From: Spirogloea muscicola
Lineage: Eukaryota
DNA: 44,691 bases
Direction of reading: 5' to 3'
NCBI GenBank assembly: GCA_009602725.1
Contig: WELB01000022.1
Coordinates: 659,632-704,322 of the forward strand
Made by a program: the position numbers and the translations under genes. This document shows positions 35,854-44,691 of the stretch, piece by piece (the first letter of the stretch is position 1; each line of letters opens with the position of its first letter). The notes under the pieces were generated by a model. That model saw only the letters and a program-made list of their open reading frames with translations. It made no database searches and was not told the DNA's origin.

Positions 35854-38800
35854 TCAGTCCTGCAGGCTCAGGCTAGCCAGCTCGTCCGTCGCCGGCCGCA
35901 GCAGCCTGTTCTCGGCGCTGCCCTCGGCGGCGGCGGCGGGCGGCTCAGCTCCGCCCTCTGCGAGCTTCTCCTGCTCCTTCTTCCTCTGCGCCTCTCGCTT
36001 GGCTGCCTCCCGCTGCTTCTTGGACAGCTTCGGCGGCTCAGGCGCTGCCGCCGCAGCAGGCGGTGCCTCCTTGGCCTTGGGCGCACGCCCGTCTGGGATG
36101 GCGATCAGCACTGCCGGACGAGTCTGGCGCACATATGGAGCGTCGCAGATGAAGTAGCCCTTGCGCTCCAGCTGCAGGATGTCGCCCTTCTTCACGTTGC
36201 GCATGTTACCATCGCCCAACGCTGCCGTCTCCGTCCGTGTGCGCGGGTTGAGGACTGTCGTAAAGTCCTCGTCGTCCTCCAGCTGGCAGCAGGAAGTATG
36301 CCAGCCTGTGAGTATGGAGTCTCGCCCTTCAGAATAGCCAGCAACTGCAATATATGGCACTAATTGACCTATGCATTGACACTAACATCTGAGCCCTCAC
36401 GACCTGTGACATCGAACTTGCGTCACGGTCTGACGCAGATCAGGCTTTTCGGGCCACCCTCTACCTCAAGCCTATATACTAGCTGAGAATCAGTGCAAAC
36501 AGCAGGCTCGAATTTTGAATGACATGAAAGTAGAGGGGAGGGAGGCATCGACTTCCATACCTTCTTCTTTGTGATCAGGTTGTCAAGCTCGACGAGCGTC
36601 AGCGGGACAAGCTCGTCCACGTCGGCCAGCCACGTGAGCTTCAGCTTGGTCTTCTTCACATCTCCGTCAATGTGGAGGTCTCCCTCCAGTGCCGCCACCG
36701 CGCCGCCGTCTTCACTTCGCACTACTCGCCGCACGAAGGCGTTGCCCCAGTCCATGAGTGTCACCTCCTCGCCCTCAGCCACCGCCGCGGCATCCGTCTG
36801 CTCAAGCCAGACCCGCCGTGCAAAAGTCGTCGCCTTCATTCCTGCCAGCCAGAACAGATAAAAGGACAGAGACGAGATCGGCTTTGGCCCTCTGAAAACG
36901 AGGCCTTGACCCTCTGAAAGCAGTGTCCACTTCAGTGACTGTCCATAGTTCATATCGAGATCAGTGCAAGTTAGTCCTAATCCAGACCCTGAAGCATTGA
37001 CCCTAGCCCTGAATCAACCTAGTACTGGCTTAAGCCCTGAGCCTCTAAGTCCTCACCAGCGGGCTCGTACTTCTTGTGCTTGGGCACAATCCGCACGAAT
37101 GGCTCCTCCGGCCCATTGACAAGCTCAAAGGGCACGCGGCCCTCCACCAGCACGGCAGTGTGCCGCGGACATACGGGGTCAATCACCTTCTTGTTCATTG
37201 TCCAAAGCTTGTCCATCTCCATCAAATTTAGATTCTTGGAAGCGCCCTGAATAGGAGTGTCACATCTGGAGTTTCAACATTTGGACCAGCTTGACTGTAA
37301 GGAAGCAACACCTGGGATAACTGACTGTTCTCAATCTGCTGCACAAATGTTCTCAACTATATGCAACTACCAATGATGCATCAAGCAATTGGAGAGCATG
37401 CCTTATAGGAAAGTGTACTTCACCAAGCCTGCTTAATACACTCTCTCTCTGAATGAGAAACATTTCACAACAGAACGAGACCTACCAGGATCAAACAAGA
37501 GTAACAAACTGCTCTATAAGCTACGACGTGCACTGCATTTTCCACAATGTGGCTCGGCATGAAAGGCTTGAGAGCTTGACTGAAAGGAAGCAACACCTGG
37601 GATAAGATAAACTGCGTGAGCGCCTCGACAGTGAGTCCGCGGCGCACCAAGCCTTGCACGGTGGGAAATCGTGGGTCGTCCCAACCCTCAACCTTGCCAT
37701 TGTCTACGAACCACTGCAGCTTGCGCTTAGACAGCAGTGTGTACTGGAAGTTGAGGCGGCTGAAGTCCCATACGTGCACCTTGCGAAGTTCCAGGTCCTG
37801 TTGGCCAACAAGGTGCCAATCACTGTCAGCAGAGTCGAGCAAACTGATTGTTAGGAGGCAGGAGGGGCATATATGCATCCAAAACCTGCTCAACCATGTT
37901 CTTTACCAGACCGCAACCTTTGCGCACCCATCCAAAGTCGATAACCGGCACAGGCACTCTGCTTTCTGAACAGCCTCACAAAAAAGCTGAGACATGATCC
38001 TTACGCTTCAGAAGCGCGAGCTTATATGGAGAATAGAGTGGAAGTGATAAGTGGAGGTTCACCTTCAGTACGCGATAGTACTGCTCATTGCGATCATGGT
38101 ACTCGCTAGACCGCAGTGCATGTGTGACGCCCTCAACGCTGTCCACCACTGGGCATGCAAAGTCATACGTGGGGTACACATTGTACTTGTCCCCAACACG
38201 GTGGTGCGGCATCAGCAAGCAGCGGTAGTACACTGGGTCTCGCATCGCCTTGTTTGGCGCCTGGCCGTGGCCAGCACATGCAGATTTTGTGTGAGCACGA
38301 ATTGTGAAGCGATGGAATTTAGGAAAGACGTGATGGAGGACAGCAAGGGTTGGCTAACCAGTGATGAAGGGTCAATAGATGAGACAATCAGAGGCACTCG
38401 GAGGAAAAAGGAGGACTGTTATAAGACCTGGAACGATGCCCCTGACCTTCTACCTGAGATTACTACGATTCAATGCTTCCCACCCTCCTTGACCCATTGA
38501 CTTGTTCAAGTCCTGCCATGGACCCAAAGCCTTAGCCTAACACCTGACCAACCATGTCAACCCTTCTGTGCTTCACATTTCAGCAAGCACCAAGTGCCTG
38601 ACACTAACCCCTAAAAGTGCTGGCTGTCATCGAGAGTTTTGATCAGGGATGAACTCGATGGCTTGAGTGGGAAGGCTGCAGGAGCGCTCACAGTCATGTC
38701 CATCTTGCCTCGGAGGCAGCACATCCGGCCTGTCGTTGACCCAGCCTTCATCTCCTGCCACATTCCGACGTTCTCGGCCACGGCCTGGCTGCGCCGCGCG

Positions 38801-39475
38801 GACTCGGTGCCGTCCATGCGCTCCTCGCGCATCTTCTCCAGCGGCGTGTCGTCCACGTACGCCTTCCCCTCCCCGATGAGCCTCTCTGCCAGCTCCTATG
38901 CACGCGAGCAGTCGCAGCCCGCCACCAAACCGTATGCAGCAGAGTCAGGAATGACTTAAATTGCATTGCATTAAATGTCAGCTCAGAATAATGTGAGATT
39001 GAATACCAACTTGGCCTCTGCTTGCGGCTGGGGCGCAATGCACTATCATCCAGGACAAGAGTCCGAAGAACACTGCCAGCAGAGGCATCACAAGGAATTG
39101 CAGCAGAAGCCACGGCCCTAAACCCTAGACTCTCTTGACCTCAACCCTAAAACCTGGACCCCTAACCCTAAGCCTCACCAGGAGCTGCGGGAAATAGTCG
39201 GAAGTGTAGGTAACTCGGTCAGCTCTGATCCCGAGAGTGGCGAGGTCGGCCAGGATTTCGTCCACGAACTCCTCCTTCTCCTTGGCCGGGTTGGTGTCGT
39301 CAAAGCGAACGATGAGGCTGCCGCCGTACTTGCGCGCAAAGTATTGGTTAAGCAAAGCGGCCTTGGCGTGCCCGATGTGGAGGTACCCGCTGGGCTCCGG
39401 CGGAAAGCGCGTCACGACCGCGCCCGGTGCCGCGCCCGGCAGGTCCACCTCGAACGAGCCGCAGTCCACCGCCAT
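35854..39475 (-). CDS. GluRS: Glutamate--tRNA ligase, cytosolic eukaryotic type
   Basis: Exons 39475-39179, 38895-38692, 38260-38063, 37797-37597, 37246-37057, 36841-36561, 36282-35854. Motifs: [18 protein letters not shown] (HIGH), [41 protein letters not shown] (KMSKS equivalent), [17 protein letters not shown]. Confidence 0.96.
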
Positions 39476-39476
39476 G

Positions 39477-39508
<32 letters not shown>

Positions 39509-39782
39509 TTGCGGCGGGCCGCCGCGGGTCTAGCTGTTGCGAGCTCGGCTCGGCTGTGCCGGCGAAGGGCTCGTGGGGCTAGCGTCAGCGCCGGCTTATG
39601 TCAGCGCCAGCGTCACATCGGCGCCTAAGCCCACAGCCGGTGTAATGTCGCTCGGACACAAGCTCTTATGCTGATAAGAAGGAATGGCTCTCTCAATGCA
39701 AGAAAAAGGAATGAACAAATCAAAGGGGCCAAAATTAAAGCGCAAAAGCACACTAGCGATTGTGAAAGTGGCTCTCCCATTG

Positions 39783-39845
39783 ATTGTGAAAACCTAGCCC
39801 TTGGCCTTTCACAGCCTAGAGAATTGGACAAGGTCCAATGGCTGA
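39783..39845. repeat. Degenerate, near-palindromic copy of the dispersed repeat upstream of GluRS
   Basis: ttgtgaaaacctagccc is followed by ttggcctttcacagcc and then acaaggtccaatgg, which resembles ~26526 and ~26628. Confidence 0.5.
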
Positions 39846-40852
39846 AAGCGCAGGACTGCTTAACGAAGCAAGTGGAGAAAAACAGACGGCCACGTACTAA
39901 TCGCGATCAGTAGCTGCAAGTCGGTACGATCGCAGCCAATAAACAGCTGGTAATCAGAAGCTGGTACGATCGCAGCCAATGACCAGGCAAAAGTCAGGGA
40001 TCGCTCAAAAACACTCGAAAGCTGCTGCAAGTGCACAGTCACATTTGCACCAGTTCTTTTTTCTGCCAAGAAAGGAACATGATGGTCAAGCTAGCATGTT
40101 GCTACCCAGCTGAATTTGCCACAATCTTAAGGTCACATGTCATAAAGATTCCCATTTTGCTTATTGACGTATCACAACAGTCCCTCACGCTCCTTGGTGA
40201 TCACATTGCATCGGCCCCGCCAGCCTACGCATCGTCATACTGCGCCCTCTATTTTTGCCTGTGTTGTCAACAAGGTCTCAGTAAACCTGCAACCGACCTA
40301 GTCATGTATCATGCAAGAGCTTAACCGAGCGTCCCTTATCTCAATATGTGATGGGATGGCACTTGCACGTAATTTGAGCTCAGTTTCTGCTTACACCACA
40401 TCCAAGGCTGCACATGTTCAGCTATGCTGCTGTTGCAGGACAAAGGTGAGTCGCACGCTTTGACTACTAAGGGGCATTGAATACATGACGTCCTTTAGCT
40501 TGAGCAGTAGCAAGAACGATTTGAGCTTATCTGTCTAGAATAGTCAACTTGGATTTCCTGAGAAGTCCGAGAAAATCATTCAAACAAATACTGTGCCTAT
40601 CCTCCACACTTCACAAGAAGTATGTCTAAGTAGCGCCACAGATTATTTGCAGTGCACCAAAGGTGGTCGCCATGCACCTTGCAAGCTGGAACACTGCAGC
40701 TAGCACTTAAGCTGCACACTAATAGGCGGTACTCTATATTTATGCACCTTCTTGGTACAGCTGTACAATTACATCTATCTAAGTCCCAGAAGGAGCCATG
40801 ACTAGCCAGCTGCTCATAAGTACTTCATCCAAATAGGCGCACGATAGGGTGA

Positions 40853-43800
40853 TCATGGAGCATTGACTTTTTCCTGATCCTGGGCTGCTGGCTCAGCTTC
40901 CATTCCACTGACTTTGAATATTGGTGCTGCTCCAACTATATAGAAAAGCATGGGACGCATGTGAGATGGCAACCAGGCAGTTGATATCTTTGCACTCTAC
41001 AACTAGTGACAACTTAATCACTACTTCACTTAAGTGTTGACATTGAGGTTGATATCAGGTACCTTGGCCTCATCACCTTGCCAATGCAAGGTCCAATGGA
41101 CAACGCAGGTACCCTGGTGAAGTACGAGGGAATTTCTAGCATATGACCTCACTCTCTGGATGGCTATGCAGGCAGACTTAATTTGCAATGAACTCTGTGT
41201 TTGCTAGTTGACCTGTGTGTGATATTATGCTTACTGCTTGGCCTGAAATTGAAGCAGCTGAATAGTCCCTGCCTCTTTGTTCGCAGGCTCGTATTTTCAT
41301 CCTGATACAAGGGAGATTATGGCCTAGTTAGCAAGGCATGCTCTAGCACCCAGATTATAAGAAACTTCTCATGAATGCTGCCTTGTGCACTTTGCAGTAT
41401 CCTGCATTACCAGCTCACAACGGTCAAATAAATGGATGTTGATTGCAAGCATAGCAACCTGACCTTGAGAGCTTCAATCAAGCCATCGAGCTCGTTGTTG
41501 CTGTTCTTGAATTTTACCAGCTCCTCTGTCACTTCCTGCGTCTCTTCCCGCAATGATGCACGCGCACTGACGACAGTCGCCTCTGCCGTTTTCAAGCGCG
41601 CCTGCAGCTCCTCACTTGCTTGCTGTTTACACAAGGACAAAAGGAAGAATCTTCGGACTTTTAGGTGCTATTGCAAGCGCTCTGACCTTTGAGTTGCAGT
41701 TTTGCACGATGAACGCTGCATTAATACCACACAGCTCTAGGACGTTTCCAGTATGAAGGTAATGCAAGCTGTTAAGCGAATTACCGTTTACCTTGAGCTT
41801 CGTGTTGTCTACTGCTGCCAATTGACAAGCCTCCAACAGGCCTTGATGTCTTTTGACTACAAGGTCGGCTTTCTCCCTGTAGTACAGTTTCTGCCAAACC
41901 AGCACATCGGCTACAAATGGGAGCGGCCACGCCTGGACAAATACGCAGTCAGGCAAGGATGGACCTTAGCTTGAGGTCTTAGATGAAGAGGAGAGCAGGC
42001 TCATGACAATGCACAGGAGCAGGAGCTGATGAAGCAATATGCTGCAGGCAGATATTGCTAGTGATGACGAATGTGTTCTGTACCTGTCTGACCACTAACA
42101 TCGTGACCACACTGCATTTGATTTACCTTGTATTTGCTGGCGTGCTCAGCAACTGCCTCAGAAAACCGCGCTGCCGAGAGGATGTTCAGCAAGTCCAGAA
42201 GGTCGTGTTCCCTAGACACTGCTGTTAATGTCTGCGGCAACTTTCATCACTATTAAGGATAAGGCACAATTTCACTAACGTGCTCTAGAATAATAAACGA
42301 TACAATGCTATGAAGTCATTACAACGTGCCGGTGGCTGTGCTCGTAAATCTTAATAGTCATGATTACCATAACGTCAGTGCCTCAGAAGGCTCACCTGGC
42401 CATTTGCATCGACAAAGCTTGCAATTGCCCAGTAGAGTGCGTCATGACTAGGGCGTGACTCTGGCGGAAGGCAAGTGGCAAGCGACTTGAAGGAGACGAT
42501 ATTAACCCCCTTGACATCCTTCGAAGCCTCCTGGAGATAACTGTCAACAAGAGCTGCAGCTGCCTGGACTGCCTTTCCAGCTTCGGACAGCATACTGACG
42601 TGTTCTTCAGAAATGAAACGAGTAACCAAGCCCTGCCATCAAGCAGAATCCGGAAGGCTGCTCGACTTACACAGTCTGGTGTGGTGGCAAAAGGGGCATA
42701 TCAGCCTACCGCATCAAGAGCTGCATTTCTGTATTCCTTGGTACACACTTGACTTCTCAGGTGGACATAACAAATGTCACCAGGTACAAGTGCATACATC
42801 CTACACAGGTACAAGTGCATACATCCTACACAAAGTTAGGTACTTGTAAGCTGTTGTGTCACAACGTTTCGGATTTACCTGAACGTCACTGATTTCAAGA
42901 AGGAGAAGGTCGGCAACATTAGCCTGGTTGAAGTGCTCCCCGGCTCGTTTGTGTAGCTGACTTCTCGAGTCCTTACTGCGACAACCAAGCCCACAGCAAC
43001 TCACCTTCGGCCAACTGCTTTACAAAGTGTTTGTGGCTGCAGTTCCACTCATCGATGTTGAGCTATAGCTGGCTCGTCACACCCATCTGGACAATCAGCA
43101 ATATCAGACCTGAAGCCTTGCATTGAGGGCAATGCTCAACGACCTCAGGTCAAGCGTCATGCAGTATGAAGGTCCCAACCTGGTCTTCAGAGCCATGGAC
43201 ATACGCAAGAGACGAAGGATGTGGGCCATGGAGATTGCGCTCTTGTCCCTTGGGAGCAACTGTGCCAACACTTCAAGAGTGTTCCGCCATTCAGAGAACT
43301 TGGATGTATTTGCCTGCAGTGCATGGTCAAGACTCAATGCTATGAAGACCATAACACAAGTCCTCCTAATGCAGCAATAGCGTCCTGCCTTCTAAATTGA
43401 AGATTATCTGGACAGTCTCCAAGATATGCTGGGGCAGGTTGTAGTCAAGGCTAAGAAGCACCTGAGAGCTCTCTATGAGAACAAGTAGTTGCGTGAGGTC
43501 AGGTAGCCAGCGATGGCCGTAGGCTTCAATCAAGCGACTAATGTCAGCTTCTGGCACACCGTTTTCGCGCAGGCCCTCTGTCAATCTTTTGAACATGTCA
43601 AGCTGAAGATCCAGTATTGGCTGGGCCATGAATATCGGCTCTGTAAGAAGAGCCTCCTGCAAATATTGACCAGTGTGACACTCTGAGACACTCTGAGACA
43701 CTCTGCCCATTATGTACCGTCCTCAATCGCCTCTAATCATCCATCATTCGTCTTTCCTTGACAACCATGCTGTGCAAGTTTCGGTTCCTAGCTCCAGTCA

Positions 43801-44691
43801 TGTGTGAGGAAGATCCTGTCTGACAAAGTATACTGTATATGATTTCCTCACTCCTACTTTCATCTTCCACGCAATGTCCATTTGAGCCAGATGGTTTAGT
43901 AGCCTTGGCCACTACTTTCTACTTCCTGTGCATGCTGATCCCACCTCCTTATATTGCTGCGCAGAGGCTGCTGTGAGGGCGTCAACACAACGAGAGACGA
44001 GGCCGAGGTTGGTGGCGATGGGCTGGAGTGTGCCGCATGCTTGTAGGATGATGGCAGCTTTTCTCCAGTCCTTGAGGTACTCCTGAAGATATTGCTCGGC
44101 CCAGGACACAAGATTCCCCTCGTAACCCATGCCCGACCTCGTGTCGTCGTCCATATGGAGGTATGTGGCTGTGAAGCAGCATGGTCAAAGGACGTGGGAA
44201 GGTCGTCATTGATGGCATCCGCACCAAGCTCCTGGAGCTTCAAGCAAAGCTGGTCGTAGCTGAAGGCTGGCAGCTGGAGCTCACCGGCACAGCGCAGCTG
44301 CGCTATGTTGCTCGGGTCGATGTTGAGGCTGAGGCCGTAGCAGAAATTGGCAACGAGCTTGAAGACGTGCTCAGTGCCAGGGAGGCCTACGACCTCGACA
44401 TGCGTCTTCCCGGAAGCCTCATCGTCTTTCGCGATGCGGGAGAAGTAGTCAGTCTTGGAGTAGAGTGGGAACTTGTGGACCGAGTACTCGACTCCGCCAA
44501 TGGAGACGAGCAGATCCGACTGCATGCCTGCAGCCTTCATCCACTGCCGCTCCAGCTCCTTCAGCTCGGCGACGTCGCGCTGCTGCTGCTGCTCCTGGAG
44601 CTGCGCCTGCGCCACAGCCTGCGCCTCGCCGCCGCCGGCCCCATTGCCGCGGCCGGGCGGCGGCGGCGTGGACAGCGGCGGCAGCGGCGGC
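40853..44691 (-). CDS. BTB/POZ + NPH3-domain protein (NPH3/RPT2-like, NRL family), 5'-partial
   Basis: BTB domain: SDLLVSIGGVEYSVHKFPLYSK...LPG...FKLVANFCYG...NIAQLRCA, then NLVSWAEQYL and LVSRCVDAL. NPH3 domain: LLRLLRM-like HILRLLRM, QANVADLL, AAALVDSYL, RPSHDALYWAI. A coiled-coil exon lies at ~41464-41620. The last exon and stop (40855-40853) are tentative. Confidence 0.88.
42781..42830 (+). repeat. Perfect 25-bp tandem duplication in an NPH3-gene intron
   Basis: caggtacaagtgcatacatcctaca occurs twice in tandem. Confidence 0.95.

Overview
Gene-dense, intron-rich eukaryotic nuclear DNA. It is most likely from a streptophyte (charophyte-grade) alga, inferred from PRDA1, NPH3/BTB and plant-type LIN37 homologues and very GC-rich first exons. 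Manual splicing supports these genes in order: an ~18-repeat Sel1-like protein (+, 5' end outside the window), PRDA1 (-), GH38 alpha-mannosidase (-), uroporphyrinogen-III synthase (+), an 80-aa C18orf32/DUF4512-like protein (-), a two-exon DRG GTPase fragment (+), LIN37 (+), an unidentified TATA-driven gene mostly hidden in a 534-N gap (-), a DHHC S-acyltransferase (-), cytosolic glutamyl-tRNA synthetase (-) and an NPH3/BTB protein (-, 5' end outside the window). Intergenic DNA carries about nine copies of a GGCTGTGAGAGGCCAGCCC-core repeat. Single Ns at 8533, 19128, 24242 and 35104 fall in GC-rich gene 5' ends and probably mark assembly gaps. I found no prokaryote-type system (CRISPR, defence island) and no clear multi-gene pathway. 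Family assignments come from recalled motifs and sequences, not database searches.
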